DNA from: Novakomyces olei
Taxonomy: Eukaryota
DNA length: 64,000 nt
Assembly (NCBI GenBank): GCA_016906335.1
Contig: JADEYG010000002.1
Location: 248,001 to 312,000 of the forward strand
Reading direction: 5' to 3'
Shown here: piece after piece, positions 36,320 through 48,047 of the stretch
Layout of the letters: every line of letters begins with the position of its first letter
How positions within the stretch are numbered: position 1 is the first letter of the stretch
Notes under the pieces: generated by a model
Databases searched by the model: none
Told to the model about the DNA's origin: nothing
Seen by the model: the letters and a program-made list of their open reading frames with translations, nothing else
Translations under genes and position numbers: made by a program

Positions 36320-37481
36320 CTACCGACTCTGCCATACGTGTACATACTCGTCCCATCCCACAGTAGCAATCCAGCTACCGTCGCCCCACAAACTCCAATC
36401 AAGGCCGGCGACAAATTCTGTATGCTTATCAAAAACACTGCGGGTCGTAGCCTGCAGTGTATTTGGTGAGGTCGGCAGTTGCCATACTCTGGCAGTCATA
36501 TCATAGCCTCCAGAGGCAATTATATCAGATTTATGATTGTTTGCTCGCACACAGCGCACTGCAAACTTGTGGCCATCACATTCAGCATGAGGCCTCTGTA
36601 ATTTTCGCAAATCCCACACCATTACCCGTGTATCAACACCCCCGCTGGCTACAAAATGCTCCCCGTACTTGAGCCAATCACAGCACAAGACCTCTTCGCC
36701 ATGATTCGCAGCGACAGCGGCAATCGCCGCTGTCGGTGTTCTCGTATCCCACACACGTAAAGATCCATCAGCCGAGGCGGTACATAATAAATTGGGATTG
36801 TGTGGAGACCATTCGGCTCCGTAAACACAGGCACTGCTTACAGGAATACGGAGGAGCCGGTGCTGTGCGTCAGGTTGTAGTATACACACTGACCCATCCC
36901 AAGACGCAGTGGCAATTGTAGTTTTGTCGACTAAATTGCTCGCAACCGAGAATACTTCCTTTTGGTGTTCGCGCCAGTTTTTAAGTGGGAATTTCTATAC
37001 TTAGTCTTGCAAAGGAGAACAAACTAAACCAAGAATATTTTGAACAAACGTTTGTAATGGAAATATTATTGAAATTTAAAAATCTCGGTCCGAGTCACAA
37101 TCACTTACGGGCCGAGCGGTATCAAACAGTTTGACGGTGCCGTCTCCACAGCCTACAAATACATGGTTCTCGTGGCTTTCGCTCCATGCGAGATCAAACT
37201 GGCCGTCCTGCGTATCGAACCTGAAACGAATTAGAGCGACTATGGAACACAGTAATGTCATATCAATTTTGACGACAAGGCAAAGAAAACAAAGGAAACG
37301 TTGCAATGACATACTCTATTTCGCGTTGTATTGTGCCTCGGTTCGTCAGAGTGAGAACGTGTAAACGGCCGTTTCCAACGAGTCCAAAATTTGCCGACGA
37401 CGCGACCGCTAACCGATTATCGTAAAACGGCGAAAATTTGACTGCGTAGCCATGAAAGCCCGCCGTTCGGTACGACAGCAT
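36320..37481 (-). CDS. PEX7: PTS2 peroxisomal import receptor Pex7
   Basis: MLSYRTAGFHGYAVKFSPFYDNRLAVASSANFGLVGNGRL, FDTQDG.FDLAWSE, WD repeats, HTEFVAGLDWS. Confidence 0.95.
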
Positions 37482-37733
37482 GTGTGGGGCATTAGTTGGG
37501 GACGCGGGCTATGATGTAGTAGGATTTTATTGTATGATATACCAATATATTTATGCTATTTATCATTTAATTTAATTGGTTTATTTAGTGATACAGAGGA
37601 ATAATAAGAATAATAATAATTATTATTATCATTTAATTTAATTTAATTTAATTAGTTTATTTAGTGGTACAGAGGAATAATAATAATAATACACTCGCAA
37701 CTTCTATACAATGCGCTAGGATATCCAATTCAA

Positions 37734-38861
37734 TCAAAGCATCTGCAGACCTTTACGCGTCGCGCGTAGACCGCGTCCGGCCGGTGTCATAAAAGCCTCC
37801 ACGCGCCCGCTAGCCACCATATCACACATTCGATAATCCCATCCAAAAACCACGCGATCCTCATTGGCCTTTAAAGCATGGGCCAATGCCGGCGAGTCTC
37901 CCGTCTCCGGGTTGGGTGTAAATTTGTATTTTGTCTTACGATCGCGAACCCTTTCCTCCAAACACTCCTTATACTTTTGACGAGCCAAAAACCGCATAAT
38001 GTCGGACCGCGAGGCCTTTAATACGCGTGAATAGTACCCCACACTCGGCATTGAAACGGCATAATATTCGTGCGAATAAACTGTCAGCAAACCTTTGCTC
38101 ACAAGCGTACGCAACTCGTCGACTCCAAATTGTTGCGTCATCACGAGCCGCGGCAGATAATACTCATTGTGAGGGGAAATGAAATCTTTAAACCGTGAAA
38201 TAAGCGGGTCCTCTGCACAGTTAGAGTCTATAATTCTGTTATAGTCCGCCACTGGCAAAAGCCCCACGTCATGAACGCCAACAAGCAGCCGCCTTAACCG
38301 CTGACTGTCTACCAAATGCTCAATCTCCCGTGCAATTCCTGTAGGATTGTGGTAGAAGAGCGCAATTAGTTGATGCTCCAGCACTATTGGTGGCACTCTT
38401 TGCTGCATGGAAACTACCGCATCTCTTGTGCTGTGAGAAAACGTCTGGCTTGCGGGTGGTAATGGATCAAAGATACGATCTTGCAGCCATTTTATTCCGG
38501 CCAACGAGTCCAGTCCGTAAAAGTCGACTGCAAAGGTTAATTATCGGCCTTTGCCACTGATTTTTTTCTTATTTTAAATTCATATTCGTACTTATTTTGC
38601 TTTTATTGTTTGTTTATTCTCCCTTGTATCACAAAGGCCATGCTTTTCCTTACCTGCCGCAGCCGGACCTACGTCATCGAGCTGAGCTCCATCAGCGGGG
38701 CCGCTAGTGCTCACGGCCGCCGGTGTGGCCGCCGGTGCGGCTGAGCGTCGGCTACGTCCGAACCTTAGCGAACGTTCATCGACGGCAATCTGTCGGCGTT
38801 TAGTCTGCTGATACCGATGCGACCGGCGAGTCGACGACGACGTGATATTAACGTTGTTCAT
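37734..38861 (-). CDS. STK19-family (winged-helix DNA repair) protein
   Basis: Intron 38528-38653 joins two ORFs. VPPIVLEHQL, LVSKGLL, SMPSVG, DMVASGRVEAFMTPAG.GLR resemble STK19. Confidence 0.7.
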
Positions 38862-39431
38862 TCACGTATCGTACTTTTACCGGCGCGCTGTATATATATA
38901 TTTATATATTTATATATTTATATTTACAACTATATATATTTACATTTTTATAATATATATAGATATTTTTATTTTATTATATTATTAATAATTAATATTC
39001 TCATTATACTTAATCACTAAGGATTTAGCCTATGCTCCGCAAGTGTAAAGTAACTATTTCAGACTGGTATAAGACGCAGTGCTGAGACAATATATGAGCA
39101 GGGTAAATTACTTGGTCACACATTCAATCTAACACAGTCAGGTGCTATAGTCAAGTAAAGGTGGAGCGCGCGATAAGGAAGCTGAAATAGGAAATAAAAC
39201 AAATAAAAAGACGAGAACTAAAAAGATAAAAGGGGGTAAAAAAAAAAAAAAGACCACGGCAGATCCCCAGGTAAACTGAAAAATTTAAAACTTACCAGTC
39301 CGTTGCCCGACCAGACTTACAGCACAAGCAAGCGGCGCATAGGGCAACCTAGGCTCTCTTCCAAGATCAATTGGGAGCAGTGATTTTCCCAGGAACAAGA
39401 ACTCAAGTTACTATCTCGCAACTCTGTCAGA

Positions 39432-40004
39432 ATGGGCAGGCCGCTTCCCACTTCGAGCGAGTTCCATGATCAAATGCTTTTGCGCAAAACCAAATATCTG
39501 CTTAAGCAAGTACTGGCAAGAGTAGAAGGCACAAGCATTGCCTCTGCAGAAGAGTTACCGAATAGGCGAGGCTGCACTTGCTATGCTATACACCCTGCTG
39601 AATGTTCGTGTCGTTTGAGCTACGAAACGTTTGTGGAAGCATTGGACCCAGAATCCAAAATCACAACTCGGGTCTTTGAAGCTCTTGTACGTGAGGCGTG
39701 TGGCCGGCATACTCGTCGCTACCAGAAATCTAGCCGTAGCAATACACACAGAAGCCAGGAGAATGAGGGCAATCAGGGCGAAACGGCCTCGAGCTACCTC
39801 TCTCGCCTTCGTCGGTCACGAGCCATTCAGGAGCCGGTTCCGGCAGAGATTATTCCTGGTATTGTGGAATCAATAACGCTTGACTCTCCGCAAAGCGCTT
39901 ATTTTCATGCTGCTGCTGATGACAATGTGGCGGAAGAGCAAAGTATGGAAGACACAAACGGGTATCATGAGTCGCATGCAGACGAAGGTATTATTCACAT
40001 GTGA
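39432..40004 (+). CDS. Hypothetical protein (upstream exons possible)
   Basis: 190 aa ATG ORF of coding-like composition with a CxC-x7-CxC cluster. Intron-like signals at 39103-39137 suggest further 5' exons. Confidence 0.55.
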   Translation: MGRPLPTSSEFHDQMLLRKTKYLLKQVLARVEGTSIASAEELPNRRGCTCYAIHPAECSCRLSYETFVEALDPESKITTRVFEALVREACGRHTRRYQKSSRSNTHRSQENEGNQGETASSYLSRLRRSRAIQEPVPAEIIPGIVESITLDSPQSAYFHAAADDNVAEEQSMEDTNGYHESHADEGIIHM

Positions 40005-40582
40005 AATAATTATTATATATATATTGTACAGTGCTTTTGAGCGCAATTTCGGTTTTTATACAGGTTTATGGCATCACTTTGGAGGCGTTTACTTTCTCGT
40101 AGAGTCCGGCGAGAGGAGATTGTGCAAACGGTGGAACAGGAGATGCAACGGGGCCAGTGCAAGGTGGGGCGATTCGAATCAAAAGTTTTTAAATTGCTGT
40201 TTGTATAATACATTATATATATTTGTTCAAGTTTATAATAGTGACTACTTCCATTGTTTTGTGTCTATGCGATGACCATTGATTCTCGTAACTTATGTAT
40301 TCTGTATGCGGCCTATATATGTCTGGAGACTCAAAGTTTTCGTGCAGCGTACAGTGTTATGGCCGTTCGTATTTACGGGGCTGATTCCTATGTAGTCATG
40401 CACGGCCGTGTCAATTCATATAAAAAGTATACTCGAATTACATTATATTTTAATAAATTATATTCTAATAAATTATATTTTAAAATATTATTTTAAATTA
40501 CGCATTGTTGTATGATCGACCTTGAAATATCTCTCACCTACATATATATTCGTCATCTAATATATGGACAGCTGAGCTCTTG

Positions 40583-43448
40583 ATGTGGTCAGTCCTCCAG
40601 TCGGCGCTGCCATTGGCGTCGGCGTTACGGCCATCAACGAGTGTGGCAATCAAAAACCTGCCGTTTTATTCGTCAAGACTCGGTCAGTTGTCTCCGATAC
40701 GTGCCCGCTTCTTTTCGCAGCAGCAATATTGGAGATTAGGGAGTTTGCAATTCAATTGTTTTAATCAGTCTATGAAGCAGCAGCAGCAGCAGCAGCAGCA
40801 GACTTTCAGTTCTGCTTCATTTAGTCGGACACTGCCCACGGCAGTAACGATCTGTCGCGGCAGCAGCAGAATACAAACGAGACTGACGGAAAAAAAGAGG
40901 CAAAACAGCCCTTTAGTATGGAAATCAACACGCAGATCCTATTCGTCGAGCAGCCCGCAACCAGGCACGTCTGCTCGATATATATGGCTGCGCCGTGCAA
41001 GACGGGCCTTAACAGTCCTCATTCTGCTCTTTCTGGGCTATGCATTGTACGCAAAAGTGTTCCAGATTCTTTCTATTCCGCTGTCTCTGTACGCCAGTTT
41101 ATTGCTGCAGATAATAAAAGCTTCACGGGTGGAGTCCAACACTGTCTTGCACCTTCCGATCAACCAGTTGAGCATCCAGGACGCGCCTATTGGAGTGGAC
41201 AATGAAGGGTTTGGCCAATTAGAACACATTGTCGATGGTCGAGAGAGGGTTGCACTGTTTGATTTGGTGACGAAAATCAGGTACGCTGGCCAGGATGATC
41301 GGGTGAAGAGCATTGTTCTTGATTTGAGTCCGTCACCAGCCACTGAAAATGCCGGAGGTGGACTTGGCTGGGCTGGAGCGGAAGAGATCCGATCGGCTCT
41401 TTTCGATTTTGCACGGCTGAAGCGTACAAAATTCGGAGAAAATCATGTGGCTATTACTGCTTACTCTGCTAATATAGATAATCAAAAAATGTACTATTTG
41501 TCGCAGGCCGCAGACCGTGTCCTCATGTCGCCGTCCGGTCTGTTTTTCCTGGCTGGATTATCGGCCTCTGGCCTGTTTTACCGAGATTTACTTGATTATG
41601 TTGGGGTAAAGATGTACGTCGAGGCCCGTGAAGACTGGAAGTCTGCTGTTGCACCCTACACAATGACCGGGTGGAATGACGCTACAAGGCAAAATTTAAA
41701 GGCATTGCTTGATGACTTACAGGGCCAGGTGGCACAGGGCGTTAAAGACTTTAGTAAAGCTGGCCGGCCGTACAATGAGATTGTAGCTGATTCGCCTTTC
41801 CAGGCAAGAGACGCTGTTGCTTTATCTGTCGTGGACGCGACAACCTATCTGCGAAAGCTATTTAGCGAGTACGTGGACGCGGGAGATCATTTACTAGCCT
41901 GGAGCAAATATTCACGTGCGCTTGAGCTTTCACGGCAATTTGTTGTTAAATCCACTGCCTCTGTACAGAATAATGAAGAAACTGCAAAGGACGGAAAAAC
42001 GGAGGCTAAAGAAACTGTAAACTTGGAACAGCTTCAAGAGAGTCTGCAGCAAATGGGGGGAGACAAGTCTTCCGCCAAAGACGGTGAAGACGTTCCGAGT
42101 CCGATGGAGGATCAGTCTATAGTCATGTGGATCGGAGACGATACCGATGCGCCCAAACCAGATGCTCGTGTTGGTGTTGTCTTTTGCGATTCGGCAATCG
42201 GAAACTCGGGGCGATTTGCAGCAGAAAAAGTTGCAAAGCAACTTTACCGCGCTGCTCGTGACGAGTCTATTAGTGTGATCTTGTTTCGCATGAACTCTCC
42301 TGGTGGCGATGCAGTTGCGAGCGATACGATTCGAAGTGCCGTTGAAGAAGCAAAGAAGCGGAAACCTATAGTCGCTAGCTATGGAGACGTTTCTGCGTCT
42401 GGGGTATGATTGGCTATTATTTAATACACCAAACTTGTATTTAAATTTTTTATTTCCAATTTCTGTTTTAATTTTTATTTTAATTCTAATTTATTTTTAC
42501 TGTTATTTTCAAATTTGTTTTAATTCCTTTTATTTTTTCTATTCTACGCTACTTGTCCCTGATCAACGATTAATATTTTAGGGCTATTTGGCCACGTGTA
42601 ATGCTTCGCGTATATTTGCAAACGCTACAACCGTCACCGGCAGTATTGGAGTCTTTGGAGTAAGACCGCAGGCGACTGAGGCTATAACAAAAGCCAAGAT
42701 AGCCAGCGATACAATCCGAACTGCAGACAATGCTACATTTTTCAACGTCTTTGAACGGATGACAGACGCGGATCGTTTGCAATTTCGAAACATTGTTTCT
42801 GAAACGTATAGTGAATTTAAACGCAAAGTCAGTGAGGGCCGTGGACTCGATAGTGAAGCAGTACAATCCGTGGCTGGAGGCAGGATTTTCTCCGGACAGA
42901 GAGCCAGTGCTAATGGGTTGGTGGACGATGTTGGAGGGTTCCATGATGCCGTTCGTTATTGTGTCTCTTTAGCTTTGGCTGGAAAGGCAAATTCCGCAGG
43001 AGACCAATTGCCGCTCACTGCAGAGGATATTTTGGAGCCTGGACGTGCGTCAGAAAACGGGGATCTTTTAGGCAAAGATTTGATAAAGGGTGATTTCCAA
43101 ATTGTCAAGCCCTCGAGTCATCGAGTCTCGTATACGCTCAAGACTCCCGAGGGCAAGACTGTTGATTTAGTATTGTTTCCTCGGCCGGATCGTCTTCCTA
43201 CGTTGATTCATGCAATCAATATACTGCGTGAAGGCGAAGAAGAGGAACGCGATGCAATTTCTAGCAGTGAGGATGGTAGTGATGGCAGTGGAGCTTCGCT
43301 TTTACGGAGATTTTCAGTTTACGCAGGTCCATTACTGTCGGCGCTTTTGCCTTATATCAAAGAAGCTTCTAATGATACAAAGGGCCAGAATGCGTCACTG
43401 GAGGGGATGTTGAGAATGGAAATGCCGCCAGTCAAGATATCTTCATAA
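40583..43448 (+). CDS. sppA: SppA (protease IV, peptidase S49) tandem-domain protease with organellar-type presequence
   Basis: DDRVKSIVLDL, YYLSQAADRV, WKSAVAPY, MNSPGGDAVAS, ASYGDVSASG|GY, TVTGSIGVFG, YSEFKRKVSEGRG, AGGRIFSGQRA..NGLVD. Intron 42404-42581. Confidence 0.9.
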
Positions 43449-44426
43449 AACAAAATTAGACTGAATAAATTAAAATTAAATTAATTAAAATCAAGTTCTT
43501 AAAAAAACAGGAACTTCTAGTTAAAGAGTTGCAGGATTTCTTGCGGTAGACTGGACTATTTGTCTACCCACTTTGCTTGAATGATATTCAGGTCAAATTT
43601 ATTCCAGAGTACTGCAGTATGTGCAGTTTTTGCCACTATATACGTCGTATCGACAGTAGTTTATAGTAGATAATCCAGAAACCAGACTCTTTGCTTTCCA
43701 GCCTTGCGCAAATATCGAATTACTTACTGCTCTTGATAGGTTATATAATAAATTAATTTGTGGTTTGAGACCGGCCGTTGCTCCATATTAATTAGTCTGG
43801 CAATAATATATCACAACAGTTGTGTAGCAAGAGCAATGCTTTCTTACAAATAAAACCACGAGACGGAATAAAATGATCGTTAGTATGAACAATCACAATT
43901 GGCTCTATACACAGCTGCTATACCCTTCGAATCCCAAAGAATTCCGAGTACTCCTTATTTTTCGTGTACTTTTGTGTATTGTCGAGGTTTACGATGGCGC
44001 GAGCTAATGCTTAGTCAGACTCGATTCTCTTAATATTCTTACCCGTTATTATCGGCCAAACTCCACATTTCAAATTAGTCTACTGCAAGATTACGTTATC
44101 TGCGCTGCTGACTCAGATTCACCAATAGAAAGTAGGATTATACCAGAAAGATTACCAATCTTTATATTCTTATACATGATTACTAGATTATTATTATTAA
44201 ATGGATCAGCATAGTCCAGAGTCATCCATCCATCGATGGGTGCCGGTGCGGTATAAAAGGACGCAGAGCCGCCAGTCTGGACATTCTATCAAAAAAGATT
44301 AATCAAAAAAGATTAATCCACAAAAAAAGAGCGCTACACATACTAAATCATCTTCAGCAGCAAACGTTTGAGAGCAAAAACCAGCAACTACTGTCCGCAC
44401 AACACTCTACTACTCACAAAAGCCAA

Positions 44427-45305
44427 ATGACAATGGCAGTGCGCAGTGTCAGCAAAGTAATCGCCGCTATCGAGCAGGCAGAAGGAGCCGGTGCACGGGT
44501 ACGCAGATCAATTGGTACGCCAGCGCTGAGAAACTTTTCTCCCTTTTTAATGTTGGACCACTTTTACGTGGCAGACGGAGCCGGGTTCACTCCCCACGCT
44601 CACCGAGGCTTTTCCACGTGTACGTATATGCTGGACGGCCAAATGCAGCACGAGGACTTTGCCGGCCATGCGGGTACAATCGGCCCGGGCGATCTGCAGT
44701 GGATGTTTGCCGGTAGAGGAATACTGCACGCTGAAATTCCAAAGCCGAGGAACGATGGTCAGCCGACACGCGGCCTTCAGCTATGGATTGACGCTCCACG
44801 AGAGCTCAAGATGGACGCGCCAACGTACCAGGAACTCGAAAAGTCGCAGGTGCCAACTTCAAAGCCGGCGGACGGTGTTGAAATTAAGGTTATCAGTGGA
44901 GAATCCTTTGGCGTAAAGAGTCCAGTGAGGACACTGGTGCCTGTATGGTACATGGACTTTACACTGCAACCGGGTGCGGCGGTACGGCACCCGATCCCCG
45001 AGCTGTGGAACTCTTTTATCTATATCTTTGAGGGCTCATTACGCGTCTCTGGCCGAGACGTAGAGCAGTACAACACTATCGTCCTCTCGCGACAGGGCGA
45101 TGGCGTCGCTCTTGAAAATACTGGCAGTACTCCAGCCCGGTTTGTGCTCGTTAGCGGGCAGCCGCTCGATGGGCAGCCCGTCGTGCAGTACGGGCCGTTT
45201 GTTATGACTACGCGAGACGAAATTATGAAGGCGTTTGAGGATTACTCGAGGGGCGAAAATGGGTTTGAGGGTGCTCATGATTGGAAATGTAAAATATCGC
45301 TCTAG
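44427..45305 (+). CDS. Pirin (bicupin)
   Basis: EGAGARVRRSIG, PFLMLDHF, HAHRGF, DLQWMFAGRGILHAE, GLQLW, YGPFVM. TATAAAA at about 44252. Confidence 0.95.
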   Translation: MTMAVRSVSKVIAAIEQAEGAGARVRRSIGTPALRNFSPFLMLDHFYVADGAGFTPHAHRGFSTCTYMLDGQMQHEDFAGHAGTIGPGDLQWMFAGRGILHAEIPKPRNDGQPTRGLQLWIDAPRELKMDAPTYQELEKSQVPTSKPADGVEIKVISGESFGVKSPVRTLVPVWYMDFTLQPGAAVRHPIPELWNSFIYIFEGSLRVSGRDVEQYNTIVLSRQGDGVALENTGSTPARFVLVSGQPLDGQPVVQYGPFVMTTRDEIMKAFEDYSRGENGFEGAHDWKCKISL

Positions 45306-45412
45306 ACCGCAAGTCTATGACCGCCAGTCTGAACGAAGCGTGATTGCACTTGGTCTAGGGTTGCCTTACCCCTCGATATGGGGTTGTAACTACACAGTCA
45401 GGGAAGGGTTAG

Positions 45413-45432
45413 TTAGGGTTATTTAACCCTAA
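45413..45432. repeat. Inverted telomere-like repeat TTAGGGTTA-TT-TAACCCTAA
   Basis: Perfect 9-bp arms with a 2-nt spacer. Confidence 0.8.
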
Positions 45433-45793
45433 ATGCACCCTGCACACGGCTATCGCAGTGTTCAAGCCGGTCTGGCTAATGAACCTTTTGGCGTCGGTCT
45501 GCTTGCGCTGTCTAACAGTTTCTGGCAATACCGTATATAGCTCAAGACAGAATTTGAAGTGTAAATAACGCTTAAATGTATAAACTTGTGTGCTTTTCTA
45601 AACTTGTATGCTTTTCACATCAACGGTATCATGAGTCTGGGCAAAAAGAGTAAATAACTAAATAAATAAATAAATAAATAATTAATTAATTAATCAACGA
45701 ATATAAAAGTAAAAACACAAGGGTATCTATTTATCCATCACACGCTCGGCGATAATGCACGAAATAAATAAACTGCAGAGAGCCAATCAATCA

Positions 45794-46384
45794 TCATGGC
45801 CGACGCTGCTGAATGTTACGTTTCAAAAACAAAGCACCCGGCCTCGGTCTCTTTGCTCGTGGCCGTCCACGTTTCTTTACGGCCTTTTGAGCCCACAATT
45901 TTTCCAATTGTATTCTTGCACGCCGTTCGTAAAACGCAGTAGAAGATTTCCGTGGATGAAATGTAAGCAGTTTCGTCCGGACCGTACTGCCGCTCTCCAG
46001 ACTCGTACGCGCCCTGAGCGTTACTATTCTGGAACCGGTTTGTTTACGCGTGCTGCCCCCACGACCACGACGCGACTCGGAGCGCTTGGCGACACGAGAT
46101 CCTTCGGCTGACTGCCGTTTCAAACTTTTCCGGCGGTTCGCATTACGCGACGGCTCAAGCTGGCCAACGCGTAACGCAGTGGGTCGGCGCCGGCCTTTGC
46201 TGGTTGCATGTATAATATCGTCAGCGATTTCCTTCTCATCAGAATCGCGGTACTCTGCACTAAGCGACGACAGGATATTAGCAAAGCGCGCTAGCAGCTT
46301 CGTATCTGCACCCAATTGCCCAGTGAGAGCATAATACGCACGGTTAAAATCACGCTGAACCGTGTCGGTCATCCAACCATCCAT
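45794..46384 (-). CDS. Hypothetical highly basic protein with AT-hook-like KKRGRPR
   Basis: About 196-codon ATG ORF, GC-richer than its flanks. Helical N-half and Arg/Lys-rich C-half. Start is uncertain. Confidence 0.55.
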   Translation of the reverse strand: MDGWMTDTVQRDFNRAYYALTGQLGADTKLLARFANILSSLSAEYRDSDEKEIADDIIHATSKGRRRPTALRVGQLEPSRNANRRKSLKRQSAEGSRVAKRSESRRGRGGSTRKQTGSRIVTLRARTSLESGSTVRTKLLTFHPRKSSTAFYERRARIQLEKLWAQKAVKKRGRPRAKRPRPGALFLKRNIQQRRP

Positions 46385-46501
46385 CCATGTGAGACTAAGA
46401 TAGTTTAAGGGACGATTATCTAATTGTCTCAACGATCGCGCGTTGTTTGCCGTCGCAATTGCGTCGGGTTTGTAGTGTTAAAGGTTAGACTGCAATTAGA
46501 G

Positions 46502-46573
46502 TATATTAACCCTAACCCTGTGTATTGGAAATACATTACCCTAACCCTGTAATTGGAAATATATTACCCTAAC
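46502..46573. repeat. ~29-bp tandem repeat x2.5 containing ACCCTAACCCT
   Basis: tatattaaccctaaccctgtgtattggaaa / tacattaccctaaccctgtaattggaaa / tatattaccctaac. Confidence 0.85.
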
Positions 46574-46719
46574 ATACATATTTATGTATATACGGATCAC
46601 CAGTACTACTGTTCTGTCTCCGCTTTCAGTCATAAAGCAGCTCTCGTAATAATATACTGCAATTATCAGGTGTAGTATTGGTGTCACTATCAACGGCATC
46701 ATAACCGGAGCGCGGCACT

Positions 46720-47466
46720 ATGTCCGAGTGGCCTAGCGGCGGTGGCCGCTTGTTCAAGTTTCAGCTGCCAACGCATATATTTGGCAGTGGTATAAAGACG
46801 TGGGGCGTTTATGTCTCTGGCGGACTGGTAAGCGTACCGCTCTGCCGTTGCTAACCTGAGAGTTTGCCATAGGTTTCTGGGTTTTCATGGACGTTGCCTT
46901 GTTCTCTCGAGTCGCCTATGGCGGAGAGGCGCACATGACTTTTGTCGACTGGATTCCGGGCATCTGCTCATTGCTCGGGACTATAGTGTAAGCCTTGATT
47001 TCGTCATTAAAGGTTAATGAGCGGCTGTCTTGGCAGAGCCAGCCTGTCGATAACTGTACTAGAGCCCTGCTGACTCGTTTTAGGGTTAACTCTATTGATA
47101 AAGGCCGTCTAACGGCCGATGCATTCTCTTTTTCGTCGCCCAGTGTCGCTTACAAGGCGCGTTTTGTGCTCTTTCTCGGGTTCGCTCTACTAGCCGGCGG
47201 ACTTGCGGGGGCCTTTGTAAGCTTTGGGGCTCATTTGTGGGTATTGTCTAACTCCGCAGACGGTCATGGTCATAAAGTATATCGTCCACGGGTACCCCTT
47301 ACAGACACAGTACTTTGGTATTGCGAACGTTGTTTCAAACGTGCTTATTATGCTCAGGTATGTTGAGGTGGTTTCAGTGGGCAATTTTAACGTGTTTAAT
47401 AGCGCTACGGTGTTGTGGGTCACGAGCAGCGTCGGCGATGATTACCAGTACAATCTCTCCTTGTAA
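46720..47466 (+). CDS. VPS68: Vacuolar protein sorting protein 68
   Basis: Five exons: GVYVSGGL|FAIGFWVFMD...FVDWIPGICS|NSIDKGRL...ARFVLFLGFALLAGGLAGA|...YQYNLSL. Confidence 0.93.
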
Positions 47467-48047
47467 TTAATGATTTTACACAGATGCTGTTTGGCGACTT
47501 GCAGTACACAGTGAATGCTTTGAGTCTGCCAGGGAGAATCATCGTAAAACTTTACAATAATAATAATAATATACCAAGCTTTATTATCGTCAAGGATCCG
47601 GGTTTAGTATTACTGTGTATGCTGTATATTTACCACCTACTCGCGGACTGAGCTGCTCAAGTTGCAGTGGTCGACTCGATATCCGTTGGCAAAAATACCT
47701 CAATCTGCCAGTCACATGTGCATCATAGAACCACAAAAGTCTAGGCCTCTACTTGTAGCTATTCGTTTGCCATTACGCCATTTATTGCACAATTTGCACT
47801 CCGAGTCGAAAAATTTTGGTCTTTTATTCGTTTGTTTACAATTCTAGTTAACCTCGCTGTTGCCAGCTATTTCAAAGGCGCACGGCAACCAAAAATAAAA
47901 ATAAAACAAGCCAATATATCAACTTTTTCAAATAATCACAAGTCATCTCAAATCATAAACCTTTATACTACTTTATCCTGGTACGCAGTCGAGTATCTCC
48001 CCTTTCCATTTGTCATTTTCCTGGGTACATGTAAAAGCGTGATCGGC

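Noticed and set aside
45302-45358. Hairpin over the pirin stop codon suggesting readthrough
   Set aside because: An in-frame TGA follows after four codons, so there is no meaningful extension.
45413-45432. TAACCCTAA as a telomerase RNA template or chromosome end
   Set aside because: Internal, very short, self-paired, and too little intergenic space for a fungal telomerase RNA.
46502-46573. Repeat array as CRISPR-like or transposon ends
   Set aside because: Eukaryotic context, no unique spacers, and no transposase or terminal repeats.
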